64,000 nt of DNA. Source: an uncultured Gemmatimonadales bacterium. GTDB lineage: Bacteria; Gemmatimonadota; Gemmatimonadetes; Longimicrobiales; RSA9. The stretch is taken from positions 544,001 through 608,000 of the forward strand of contig CAWFKH010000001.1 in assembly GCA_963816355.1 (NCBI GenBank), given 5' to 3'. A model generated the notes under the pieces. That model was given only the letters and a program-made list of their open reading frames with translations. It had not been told where the DNA came from and did no database searches. This document shows, piece by piece, positions 46,798-57,887 of the stretch. A program made the position numbers and the translations under genes. Position 1 is the stretch's first letter, and each line of letters starts with the position of its first letter.

Positions 46798-48341
46798 TCG
46801 TCCAGGGGACGGAGCGGAGCGGCGCCGACATCCGCGAGCGCGCGGACGTCGTCGTGGTGGGCACGGGCGCCGGCGGCGGCACGCTCGGCGCCTACCTCGC
46901 CGAGCGTGGGTGGGACGTGGTGATGCTGGAGAAGGGCGGCTTCTTCCGCGCGCAGGACTTCACGCAGCGGGAGGAGGACGCGATGGGCGACTTCAACGGT
47001 CGCCGCGGCATGGACGCGTCGAAGGACAACTCGATCTTCCTGAACTACGCGGAGGCGGTGGGCGGCTGCACGGTCCACTACTGGGGCGACTGCCTGCGCA
47101 CGCCGCCGGACCGGCTGGCGTGGTGGCGCACCTCGCGCGGCCTCGACTGGATGACGCCCGAGGTGCTCGACCCGCACTGGGACGCGATCTGGCGGGAGCT
47201 GGGGATCCATCCCGCCGAGGAGCGGCTCTTCAATGAGAACAACCGCCTCGTGCGCAAGGGCTGCGAGGCGCTCGGCGTGGACGGCGAGACGACCGACACC
47301 GCGCGCGTCGACTGCGTCGCGTGCGGCTGGACGCAGTTCGGCTGCGCGTACAACCGCAAGTCGTCGCAGCTCATCACGACGATCCCGCGCGTCAGCCGCG
47401 CGGGCGGCCGCATCTACAGCGACGCGCACGTGCGGCGCATCGGGATCGAGGGCGGTCGCGCGACGGGCGTGGAAGGCGACGTCGTCGACCGCCGCACGAA
47501 GCGCGCGATCGGCCGGTTCCGCGTGGACGCCCCGGTGGTGGTGCTGGCGGGCGGCTCGCTCGGCACCGCGGACCTGCTGCTGCGCAGCGTGCGCGATCCG
47601 ACGGTGGGCCGGCGCCTTTACATCAATCCGCACTACTGGGTGTTCGCGGACTTCGGCCGCCGCATCGAGAACACGACCGGCATCCCATGCGCGTACATCG
47701 TGCACGAGTGGCGCCGCAAGGTGGTCGACGCGAAGGGGGACTACGTGCGCGGCGGCTACATCATGCTGTGCAGCCACCAGAGCCCCGGCATCACCGCGGC
47801 GCAGATGAGCGCGATCGGCGCGGACCACACGCGCCTCATGCGCAACTATCACCAGTACGGCTCCGTGATGTCCGTGATCGACGAGGACAACCCGGGCCGC
47901 GTCTACCTCGACGGCGATGGCCACCGCCGCGTCGACTACCAGGTGCGCGGCGACGACCTGCTCAAGGCCGTCGACTACCTGCGCAACGCGTCGCGCATCT
48001 TCCTCGCCGCCGGGGCGAAGGAGGTGGTCGTGCCGGACGTCTACGGCACCGTCGTGCGGAGCGAGGCGGACGTGCGCGCGAAGATCGGGGCGCGCTCGGT
48101 GCAGCCGAACGCGCAGTTCACCGCCGGCAGCCACCTGCTCGGCACCGCCCCGCTCGGGGCGGACCCGGACGACGCCTTCGCCGGACCCACCGGCGAGGCG
48201 CACCGCGTGAAGGGACTCTACGTGGCGGATGGCGCCGCGGTCCCCACCTCCGTCTCCGTCGACCCGTCGATCACCATCATGGGCGTCGCGCGCCACATCG
48301 CGCAGGGTCTGCACGAGCGGCGCGGGCGCGCGGGAAGCTGA
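46794..48341 (+). CDS. GMC-family FAD oxidoreductase
   Basis: DVVVVGTGAGGG..LEKG, VGGCTV, CVACGWTQFGC, SHLLGT, GLYVADGA, PTSVSVDP. Confidence 0.9.
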   Translation: MIVQGTERSGADIRERADVVVVGTGAGGGTLGAYLAERGWDVVMLEKGGFFRAQDFTQREEDAMGDFNGRRGMDASKDNSIFLNYAEAVGGCTVHYWGDCLRTPPDRLAWWRTSRGLDWMTPEVLDPHWDAIWRELGIHPAEERLFNENNRLVRKGCEALGVDGETTDTARVDCVACGWTQFGCAYNRKSSQLITTIPRVSRAGGRIYSDAHVRRIGIEGGRATGVEGDVVDRRTKRAIGRFRVDAPVVVLAGGSLGTADLLLRSVRDPTVGRRLYINPHYWVFADFGRRIENTTGIPCAYIVHEWRRKVVDAKGDYVRGGYIMLCSHQSPGITAAQMSAIGADHTRLMRNYHQYGSVMSVIDEDNPGRVYLDGDGHRRVDYQVRGDDLLKAVDYLRNASRIFLAAGAKEVVVPDVYGTVVRSEADVRAKIGARSVQPNAQFTAGSHLLGTAPLGADPDDAFAGPTGEAHRVKGLYVADGAAVPTSVSVDPSITIMGVARHIAQGLHERRGRAGS

Positions 48342-49120
48342 GCGCGCCGGACGCGGCCTACCCGACGGCGCCGCCGGACGCGGCGCTCGAAGCGCTGCTC
48401 GATCGCTACGCGCCCTTCTCGCCCGCTCCGCTCTGCCCGGAGCTGCGCGTCTTCACAGGCAGGGACCTCGTCGTGCTGTGGGAGGCGGCGGAGGCGCTCG
48501 CCGGGCGGCCGCTCCCCTCGCCGTTCTGGGCCTACCCGTGGCCGGGCGGCGCCGCCCTCGCGCGGCTGCTGCTCGACGCGCCGGCGCGCGTGCGCGGCCG
48601 CCGCGTGCTCGAGATCGGCTGCGGCGGCGGCATGGCGGCGCTCGCGGCTGCGCGGTGCGGTGCGGCGCGCGTCGTGGCGAACGACGTCGACCCGTGGGCG
48701 CTCGCGGTCGCCGGCATCGCCGCGCGCCGACAGGAGCTGCGGCTCGAGACGCTGCAGGCGGACCTCGCGGCGGAGGGCGCGTGGCCGCCGGCGTGCGGCG
48801 GCCCGCGTGAGGCGACGGCCGGCGCCCGCCGCGTGAGCGGAGCGGCGTGCGGCGTCGGCGAGGCGGCGGCGTTCGAGGTGGTGCTGTGCGGCGACGTCGC
48901 CTACGAGCGGGCCGGGGCGCCGCGCGTGCGTGCCCTGCTGGCGGCGGCGCTCGCGGCCGGGGCGGAGGTCCTGCTTGCCGATCCGGGGCGTCGCTACTTC
49001 GACGCGCGCGGACTGCGCGAGGTCGCGTGCTGGACGGTCGGGGTGCCGCGCGATCTGGAGGGCACGGAGCGGCGGACGGCGAGAGTCTACGAGCTCCTGC
49101 GGGGCGATGAGCCGGTGTAG
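48338..49120 (+). CDS. Class I SAM-dependent protein methyltransferase (METTL20/ETFB-KMT-like); start uncertain
   Basis: PFWAYPWPGG, VLEIGCGGG, NDVDP, GDVAYE, DPGR. No canonical start; a CTG overlaps the GMC stop. Confidence 0.8.
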   Translation: MSAPDAAYPTAPPDAALEALLDRYAPFSPAPLCPELRVFTGRDLVVLWEAAEALAGRPLPSPFWAYPWPGGAALARLLLDAPARVRGRRVLEIGCGGGMAALAAARCGAARVVANDVDPWALAVAGIAARRQELRLETLQADLAAEGAWPPACGGPREATAGARRVSGAACGVGEAAAFEVVLCGDVAYERAGAPRVRALLAAALAAGAEVLLADPGRRYFDARGLREVACWTVGVPRDLEGTERRTARVYELLRGDEPV

Positions 49121-49133
49121 GCGGCCGCGCGCC

Positions 49134-50129
49134 TCAAGCCTTCATCGGCCCGAACTTCTCGGGCGTGCCGGCGCCGGTGCCGGGAAGCATCTGCTTGAGG
49201 CGGGGCAGGTCGATGTTGCCGCCGCTGAGCACGGCGACGACGCACGCATCCTCGGGCGCGTCGATGCGGCCGGCGAGCAGCGCGGCGACCGCGGCGGCGC
49301 CGGCGGGCTCGAGCATCAGCTTGCCGCGCTCGAGCGCGAAGATGATCGCTTCGGTCAGCTCCTCGTCGCTGACGAGCACGATTTCGTCGACGAGCGCGCG
49401 GATGTGCTCGAGCGCGATCGGGCCGGTGTGCGGTGTGGCGAGGCCGTCGGCGATCGTCTGCACGGTGTCGAGGTCGACCGCCTCGCCGGCGCGCAGCGCG
49501 GCCGTGACGCACGCCGCCCCGGTCGGCTCCACGCCGACGACGCGCGTGCGCGGGCGCAACCGCTTGATCACCGTGGCGATGCCGGAGATGAGGCCGCCGC
49601 CGCCGACCGGCACGACGACGATGTCCGGCTCGGGCAGGTCGTCGAGGATCTCGAGGCCGACGGTGCCCTGGCCGGCGATGACCGCCTCGTCCTCGAACGG
49701 GTGGACGAAGACGAGGCCGCGCTCGAGGCGCAGCTCCTCGCAGCGGTCGAAGGCGTCGAATACGGTGCCGTGGAGGACGACCTCGGCGCCGTAGCGGCGG
49801 CTCGCCTCGACCTTCGAGGTGGGCGCTGTCTCCGGCATGACCACGGTGCTGCGGATGCCCGCCTCCGTGGCCGCGAAGGCGACCGCCTGCGCGTGGTTGC
49901 CGGCGGAGACCGCGATGAGGCCGCGGGCCTTCTCGTCGTTCGTGAGGGAGCGCACCTTGTTCAGGGCGCCGCGCGCCTTGAAGGAGCCGGTGCGCTGCAG
50001 GCACTCCGCCTTGAGGAAGGCCCGGGTGCCGGTGCGTCTGCCGAGCGTGTTGGAGGTGAGGAGAGGCGTGTGGTGAACCCGGTCGACGATCGCCTCACGC
50101 GCCTCCCGAATGCGCTCCAGACTGACCAT
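49134..50129 (-). CDS. Threonine/serine ammonia-lyase, short form without ACT domain
   Basis: KAECLQRTGSFKARGA, SAGNHAQ, HPF, GQGT, GGGGL, TIADG, EPAGA, SGGN. Confidence 0.92.
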   Translation of the reverse strand: MVSLERIREAREAIVDRVHHTPLLTSNTLGRRTGTRAFLKAECLQRTGSFKARGALNKVRSLTNDEKARGLIAVSAGNHAQAVAFAATEAGIRSTVVMPETAPTSKVEASRRYGAEVVLHGTVFDAFDRCEELRLERGLVFVHPFEDEAVIAGQGTVGLEILDDLPEPDIVVVPVGGGGLISGIATVIKRLRPRTRVVGVEPTGAACVTAALRAGEAVDLDTVQTIADGLATPHTGPIALEHIRALVDEIVLVSDEELTEAIIFALERGKLMLEPAGAAAVAALLAGRIDAPEDACVVAVLSGGNIDLPRLKQMLPGTGAGTPEKFGPMKA

Positions 50130-50268
50130 GCGGCTCCTTTGCGAGATCGACGCCCGCCGGGCGGGCGCAGAATGATGCGGGAGCCCGCAGAGGGGCGCAA
50201 GTTCAGCCGCTCTGCGGAACGATCCTTGCCCCCGCTCGGGGAGACCATGACTGCCGGCGAGCCGTACC

Positions 50269-52224
<1,956 letters not shown>

Positions 52225-52239
52225 GGGAGCACCGGGCCG

Positions 52240-52262
52240 CGCCGCAGGCCGTGCGGCGCGCG
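52240..52262. terminator. Hairpin between convergent ftsH and DUF2203 genes
   Basis: CGCGCCGCA-GGCCG-TGCGGCGCG; no U-tract. Confidence 0.4.
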
Positions 52263-52263
52263 C

Positions 52264-52710
52264 TCAGCCCTCGCGCAGCTCGCGCCGGAACTCGTCCGTG
52301 ATGCGCTGCCGCCCCGCGAAGCCGGCCCGTTCCTCGTGCCACCACTCCACGCCCGCCTCGCCCAGCTTCCAGCACAGCAGCACCGTGCGGCAACGGTAGC
52401 GCCCGCGGAAGTCGATCAGACCGGTATCCAGCCCCTTGCACGTGCAGCCGACCTGCTCCAGCTCCGCAACGAACGCCTCGATGCGACGCGAATCCTCCTC
52501 CATCGCGTCGCGCAGCGCGGCGGCGCGCCGCACGGCGCCGTCGTCCTCCGGCTCGCGCCGCAGGATCGCGTTCAGCTCGCGCCCGCGCTCCTGCAGCTCC
52601 GCGTAGCGGTCGACGGCATCGGACAGGATGCGCCGCACGAGCGGGAGCGTGCGCTCCGCCTCCTCGACCGTGAAGAAGCGCGTCGAGGCCGGCTCGCGAC
52701 GCGTCGTCAC
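52264..52710 (-). CDS. DUF2203 family protein
   Basis: FTVEEAERTLPLVR, GLIDF, LCWKLGE, WWH..GFAGR. Confidence 0.85.
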   Translation of the reverse strand: MTTRREPASTRFFTVEEAERTLPLVRRILSDAVDRYAELQERGRELNAILRREPEDDGAVRRAAALRDAMEEDSRRIEAFVAELEQVGCTCKGLDTGLIDFRGRYRCRTVLLCWKLGEAGVEWWHEERAGFAGRQRITDEFRRELREG

Positions 52711-53360
52711 GACTCCAGGACCCATTCGCAGATCCCCTCGCCCTGCGCCTCGCAGCGGGAGTGCGCGACGCGCTCGCGACGACCGGTGTAGAGGAAGACC
52801 AGCTCCTCGAGCACCGCGGTGAAGAGGACGCACGCCGTGCCATCGCCCGCCAGGTCCGCCGTGAACGGGTGCCGGATGCGCGCCGCCAGCGGGCGCCCCA
52901 CGAGCTCGATCGTGCCGCGGCCGAGGAGGTGCCGCAGCAGCCGGCGCGCGGCGCGTCGTACGGCGAAGAAGACGACGGGGCGCGGCAGGCCGCGGGAGCC
53001 GAGCCGGCCGGCGGCGGGGCGACGTCGCCGCTCGAAGTGACGGCGCGCGATCGTCGTCCCCGCCTCGCGCAGCACCGCCGGCGCGTCCTGCCGGCGCAGC
53101 ACCAGCCGCATCAGGTCCACCGCTTCCGCGAGGGGCACCGCGTCGCCGCGACGCACCGTCTCCTCCAGCCGCCGAATCTGCAGCAGCACCACGTCGCTCA
53201 GGCCGAGCCGGCGCGGCAGGCTCACCTGGAAGTTCTCGTCCTCGAGCACCTCTGCGGGGAAGTCGTGGTCGCGCATCGCCTCCAGCAGCGACAGCGGCAG
53301 CAGCGGCGACACCCGCCCCGGCCTGCGCCTGCGTGCTTCTTCCGACACCTCTCGGTCCAC
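52707..53360 (-). CDS. Stand-alone V4R-like ligand-binding protein
   Basis: AG..IA helix; AC..FTAVLEEL; HSRCEAQGEGICEW (Cys pattern of V4R/4VR). Confidence 0.6.
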   Translation of the reverse strand: MDREVSEEARRRRPGRVSPLLPLSLLEAMRDHDFPAEVLEDENFQVSLPRRLGLSDVVLLQIRRLEETVRRGDAVPLAEAVDLMRLVLRRQDAPAVLREAGTTIARRHFERRRRPAAGRLGSRGLPRPVVFFAVRRAARRLLRHLLGRGTIELVGRPLAARIRHPFTADLAGDGTACVLFTAVLEELVFLYTGRRERVAHSRCEAQGEGICEWVLES

Positions 53361-53542
53361 TCCTGGTCGCGGTCCGTGCGGCGCCTAATCTGGGGGAGGC
53401 AAGGGGTGTCGCCAAGAGGGGGCTTCGCGAGGCCGGCCTGGGGAGTGAGCGCGTCGTCGCCGCCGTGCCGCCTGCGTTCTCCGCGGCCCGGTTCCTGCAC
53501 CGCCGACCGACGAGCACCCACGGTCCACGAGAGAGGTGAAGG

Positions 53543-54004
53543 ATGGTCGACGAGAGCTGTGTCTTCTGCCGGATCATCGCCGGCGAGGAGATGGTGAGCA
53601 TCGTGCACGAGGACGACCGCGCCATCGCGTTCATGGACATCAGCCCGCTGGGACCCGGCCACGCGCTCGTCGTCTCGCGCCACCACCACGCCACGGTCCT
53701 CGACATGCCGGAGGAGCTCGCCGCGCACTGCATGGTCGTCGCGCGGCGGATCGCCGAGGGCGTGCGCGCTGCCACCGGCGCGGAGGCGGTCAACCTTTTC
53801 AGCGCCAACGGTCGCGCGGGCGGACAGGATGTGCCGCACTTCCATCTGCACGTGATCCCCGTGCACGAGGGCGACGATTTCCCGCTGCAGCTCCCGGCAC
53901 GCGACGGCCCGCTGCAGTCGCGCTCGCAGCTCGACGTCATGGCGGCGCGCATCGGCCGCGCGATCCAGCAGCGCACGCACGAGCTGAGCGCCGTCCAGGG
54001 CTGA
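53543..54004 (+). CDS. HIT family nucleotide hydrolase
   Basis: CVFCRI, FMDISP..GHALV, GQDVPHFHLHVIP. Confidence 0.93.
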   Translation: MVDESCVFCRIIAGEEMVSIVHEDDRAIAFMDISPLGPGHALVVSRHHHATVLDMPEELAAHCMVVARRIAEGVRAATGAEAVNLFSANGRAGGQDVPHFHLHVIPVHEGDDFPLQLPARDGPLQSRSQLDVMAARIGRAIQQRTHELSAVQG

Positions 54005-54072
54005 AGTCGCGAGGGGCGGCGCGCGCTCCGCCTCCACTGGCCCACGCCCCGCGCGCGGCCTACCTTTCCCGC

Positions 54073-55200
54073 ATGCGACGCCACCCTCCGTTCGACCCGC
54101 CCGAATACATCGACTGGGCGCCGGATCCGGCGCTGGTGGGCGAGTTCCGCGAGCGGCCGCGGCGCGACGCGGATCGCCGCGCGGTCGTCGAGGCGCTCGA
54201 CGAGGCGAAGCTGCTCGAGCTGTACGCCGGCCTCGTGCGCAACCGCCTGCACGACATCACGCTGAAGCGCTGGGTGCGGCGCGGCGTGCTGTCGAAGGCG
54301 TGGCTGGGCACCGGCGAGGAGGCGGTCACGGTGGGCTGCGTGGCGGCCCTCGAGCGCGGCGGCGACGTCGTCGCCCCGATGATCCGCAACGCGGGCGCGT
54401 GCGCGGAGATGGGGATGCCGCTCGAGCGCATCTTCGGTGGCTATCTCGGCCTGCGCGACGGACCGAACGGCGGCCGCGACGGCCACTTCGGCGACCTCGA
54501 GCACGGCGTGCTGCAGCCGATCTCGCACGTCGGCGCGATGGTGCCGGTCGTGACGGGCATCGCGCTCGCGTTCCGCCAGCGAGGCGAGCCGCGCGTCGCG
54601 CTGACGTGGGTGGGCGACGGCGCGACCAAGACCAGCGACTTCCACGAGGGCGTCAACTTCGCGGCGGTGCGCCGCGTCCCGGCGATCTTCGTGATCCAGA
54701 ACAACCAGGTGGCCCTCGGCACACGGCTCGACCAGCACGGTGCGGGAGATTTCCGCGACTGGCCGGCGATGTACGGCGTGCGCGGCGCCGAGGCCGACGG
54801 CAACAACGTGCTCGACGTCTACGCCGCCACGCGCCTCGCGGCGGAGCACGCCCGCGCGGGCGGCGGCCCGACGCTGCTCGTCGTCGAGACGTTCCGCATG
54901 GGCGGCCACGCCACGCACGACGAGGCGGAGGCGCGCGCCACGTTCGACGCCGAGCTCTTCGCCGCGTGGGGTCGGCGTGACCCGATCGGCCTCTTCGAGG
55001 AGTACCTGGTCGAGGAAGGGATCGCGCGCGAGCGGCTGCAGGGGATCGAGGACGACGTCGACGCCGCGATCGAGGCCGCCGCCGAGGCCGCCCTCGCCGC
55101 CCGCGAGGCCGGCGTCCCGCTCGGCCCTGACGCGGAGTACGACGGGATCAGCGCGGGCGTGCGGCAGCCTGGCCTCGCCGCGCGCATCGGCGACGGCTGA
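54073..55200 (+). CDS. ThDP-dependent 2-oxoacid dehydrogenase E1 alpha subunit
   Basis: GEEA, GDGAT..FHEGVNFA..QNN ThDP motif, DGNNV, RMGGH, DPI. TACCTT lies 6 nt before the ATG. Confidence 0.88.
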   Translation: MRRHPPFDPPEYIDWAPDPALVGEFRERPRRDADRRAVVEALDEAKLLELYAGLVRNRLHDITLKRWVRRGVLSKAWLGTGEEAVTVGCVAALERGGDVVAPMIRNAGACAEMGMPLERIFGGYLGLRDGPNGGRDGHFGDLEHGVLQPISHVGAMVPVVTGIALAFRQRGEPRVALTWVGDGATKTSDFHEGVNFAAVRRVPAIFVIQNNQVALGTRLDQHGAGDFRDWPAMYGVRGAEADGNNVLDVYAATRLAAEHARAGGGPTLLVVETFRMGGHATHDEAEARATFDAELFAAWGRRDPIGLFEEYLVEEGIARERLQGIEDDVDAAIEAAAEAALAAREAGVPLGPDAEYDGISAGVRQPGLAARIGDG

Positions 55201-55893
55201 GTGGGCGAGGCGAGCGAGCACGAGGTCCGGACGACGCGGCGCGCGCGTTTCTACGCGCTCGGGCCGGCGTCGGCGCGCGAGGTCTGGCTCGTCTGTCATG
55301 GCTATCGCCAGCTCGCCGGCCGCTTCATCCGCCGCTTCGAGGCGCTCGACGACGGCCGCCGCCGCATCGTCGCCCCCGAGGCGCTCTCCCGCTTCTACAT
55401 CGAGGACGAGGAGGGCCCGCACGGCCCCCACTCCCGTGTCGGCGCGAGCTGGATGACGCGTGAGGACCGGCTGCGCGAGATCGCCGACTACGTCGAGTAC
55501 CTCGACCGCGTCGCGCAGCGCGCGCTCGACGCCGCGCCCGACGCGCGCCTCGTCGCGCTCGGCTTCTCGCAGGGCGCCGCCACCGCCAGCCGCTGGGCGC
55601 TCGCCGGCCGCAGCCGGCCGCACCGCCTCGTGCTGTGGGCCGGCGCCGTCGCCCACGACGTCGACCTCGCGGCCGCCGCGCCGCGCCTGCGGGCGCTGCG
55701 GCCGATCGCCGTCGTCGGCGACGCGGACCCCCACGTCTCCGATGCCACGATCGCGCGCGAGCGGCTGCGGCTCGCCGGCGCCGGCGTCGATTTCGGGCTG
55801 ATACGCTACGCCGGCGGCCACCGCGTCACGGACGACGCTCTGCGCGCGCTGGTCGAGACACTCGATTCCGGTCAGGAGGTGCAGGGACCATGA
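55201..55893 (+). CDS. Alpha/beta hydrolase (phospholipase/carboxylesterase-like)
   Basis: HGYRQ, GASWMTREDR, GFSQG, GDADP, GGH. Confidence 0.85.
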   Translation: MGEASEHEVRTTRRARFYALGPASAREVWLVCHGYRQLAGRFIRRFEALDDGRRRIVAPEALSRFYIEDEEGPHGPHSRVGASWMTREDRLREIADYVEYLDRVAQRALDAAPDARLVALGFSQGAATASRWALAGRSRPHRLVLWAGAVAHDVDLAAAAPRLRALRPIAVVGDADPHVSDATIARERLRLAGAGVDFGLIRYAGGHRVTDDALRALVETLDSGQEVQGP

Positions 55894-57851
55894 GGCTCAC
55901 GCAGGCGACGACCTCGCTGGCGATCGCGGCGCTCGTGGCGATCGCGGCGCCGAGGCCCCCCCTCGCGCCGGCGCACGCCGCGCCGCAACGGCCGGCACCG
56001 GCCGCGGCCGCGCGGGCTGCGGCCGCGCCGGCGGTCGAATACGACGTCGCCTTCCCGAACGCGGTCCACCACGAGGCGCGCATCACGGCGACGTTCTCCG
56101 GCCTCGGCGCCGCGCCGCTCGAGCTGCGCATGAGCCGCTCCTCGCCCGGGCGCTACGCGCTGCACGAGTTCGCCAAGAACGTCTATGCGGTGGAAGCGAC
56201 GGACGGCGGCGGCCGCGCGCTCGATGTGGTGCGGCCGGACCCGTACGGCTGGACCGTGCCCCGCCACGGCGCCGTCGTGCGCGTGACGTACACGCTCTTC
56301 GCCGACCGCGCGGGCGGGACCTACTCCGGGATCGACCGGACGCACGCGCACCTGAACATGCCGGCGACGTTCATGTGGGCGCGCGGGCTGCAGGAGCGTC
56401 CGATCCGCGTGCGGTTCCGTCCGCTCGCGGGGTGGAAGATCGCGACGCAGCTTCCGCCGGCCGCCGGCGCCGCGAACACGTTCACCGCGCCGGACCTGCA
56501 GTACTTCATGGACAGCCCGACCGAGTTGAGCGACCACGACGTGCGCGAGTGGACGGTCGAGTCGGGCGGGCGCACGCAGACGATCCGCGTGGCGCTGCAC
56601 CACGCCGGCACGGCGGCGGAGCTCGACCGCTACGTCGAGCTGGCGAAGCGCGTGGTGCGCGCGGAGATGGGCGTGTTCGGCGAGCTGCCGGCGTACGACT
56701 ACGGCACCTACACGTTCATCGCGGGCTACCTGCCGTACGTCTCCGGCGACGGCATGGAGCACCGCAACTCGACGAGCCTGACGAGCACGCGCTCGCTCGC
56801 CGACGCCACCCTGCCGCTCGTCTCCACCCTCGCCCACGAGTACTTCCACTCCTGGAACATGGAGCGGATCCGCGCGCGAGAGATCGAGCCGTTCGACTTC
56901 GAGCGCGCGAACATGTCGCCCGAGCTTTGGTTCGGCGAGGGGTTCACGAACTACTATGACGGGCTGTCGCTGCGCCGCGCCGGGATCACCTCGGTCGACG
57001 ACTTCGCCGCCGACGAGAGCCGCGCGGTGAACACCGTGGTCAACGCGCCGGGGCGCGCGTACCACTCGGCGGCGGGGATGAGCCGGCTGGCGCCGTTCGT
57101 CGACGCCGCGAGCTCGATCGACCCGACCAACTTCGCCAACACGTTCATCTCCTACTACACGTGGGGCGACGCGATCGGCCTCGGCCTCGACCTCACGCTG
57201 CGCACGCGCTCGCCGGCGCGCACGCTCGACGATCTCATGCGCGCGATGTGGCGGAAGTTCGGGAAGACCGGCGTGCCCTACACGATGGACGACCTGCGCC
57301 GCACGCTCGGCGAGGTGGCCGGCGACACCGCCTTCGCGAACGACTTCTTCCGCCGCTACATCACCGGCCACGCGGTGGTCGACTACGCCGCGCTGCTCGG
57401 CCGCTTCGGTCTGCTCCTGCGCCGGAGCGATCCCTCGGCGGCGTGGATCGGCGCGGAGGGGAGAGGGAGCCGGATCGCGACGCGGCTGGAATTCTCGGAC
57501 GGCGCCGCCACCGTGGCTGGGCCGACGCTGGTGGGCGAGCCGCTCTACGACGCGGGCATCGACCGCGGCGATCGCATCCTCACGCTCGACGGCGTGCCGC
57601 TCGCCAGCGCGGAGGCGCTGCGAGGGGTGCTCGGCCGGCACCAGCCCGGAGACACGGTCGACGTGGTCTTCGAGCAGCGGATGGCGCGCCGCACGGCGGC
57701 CGTCGTGCTCGGCGCCGATCCAGACCTCGAGATCGTGACCTACGAGGCGGCCGGCAAGCCGCTCTCGCCCGGGATGCGCGAGCTGCGGCGCGCGTGGCTC
57801 GGCGGCGAGGACGCCGCCGACGCGAAGCCGCGCCGCAGCGGCCAGCGCTAA
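55890..57851 (+). CDS. M61 glycyl aminopeptidase with PDZ domain, secreted
   Basis: Signal peptide; SPGRY; DSP; GMEH; HEYFHSWN; WFGEG; SYY; PDZ AGIDRGDRILTLDG. Confidence 0.92.
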   Translation: MRLTQATTSLAIAALVAIAAPRPPLAPAHAAPQRPAPAAAARAAAAPAVEYDVAFPNAVHHEARITATFSGLGAAPLELRMSRSSPGRYALHEFAKNVYAVEATDGGGRALDVVRPDPYGWTVPRHGAVVRVTYTLFADRAGGTYSGIDRTHAHLNMPATFMWARGLQERPIRVRFRPLAGWKIATQLPPAAGAANTFTAPDLQYFMDSPTELSDHDVREWTVESGGRTQTIRVALHHAGTAAELDRYVELAKRVVRAEMGVFGELPAYDYGTYTFIAGYLPYVSGDGMEHRNSTSLTSTRSLADATLPLVSTLAHEYFHSWNMERIRAREIEPFDFERANMSPELWFGEGFTNYYDGLSLRRAGITSVDDFAADESRAVNTVVNAPGRAYHSAAGMSRLAPFVDAASSIDPTNFANTFISYYTWGDAIGLGLDLTLRTRSPARTLDDLMRAMWRKFGKTGVPYTMDDLRRTLGEVAGDTAFANDFFRRYITGHAVVDYAALLGRFGLLLRRSDPSAAWIGAEGRGSRIATRLEFSDGAATVAGPTLVGEPLYDAGIDRGDRILTLDGVPLASAEALRGVLGRHQPGDTVDVVFEQRMARRTAAVVLGADPDLEIVTYEAAGKPLSPGMRELRRAWLGGEDAADAKPRRSGQR

Positions 57852-57887
57852 CCCGGCGCCGCGGCCCTGGCCGGCCCGGCGTAGCGG

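Noticed and set aside
50216..50245. GGAAC upstream of ftsH as an ECF promoter
   Set aside because: No GTT/GTC-type -10 element at 16-18 nt spacing.
52711..55821. 1185-aa ORF 52264..55821 and similar Arg/Pro/Ala-rich ORFs throughout the track
   Set aside because: Low-complexity off-frame or antisense translations without motifs. Only the last ~148 aa (DUF2203) is credible.
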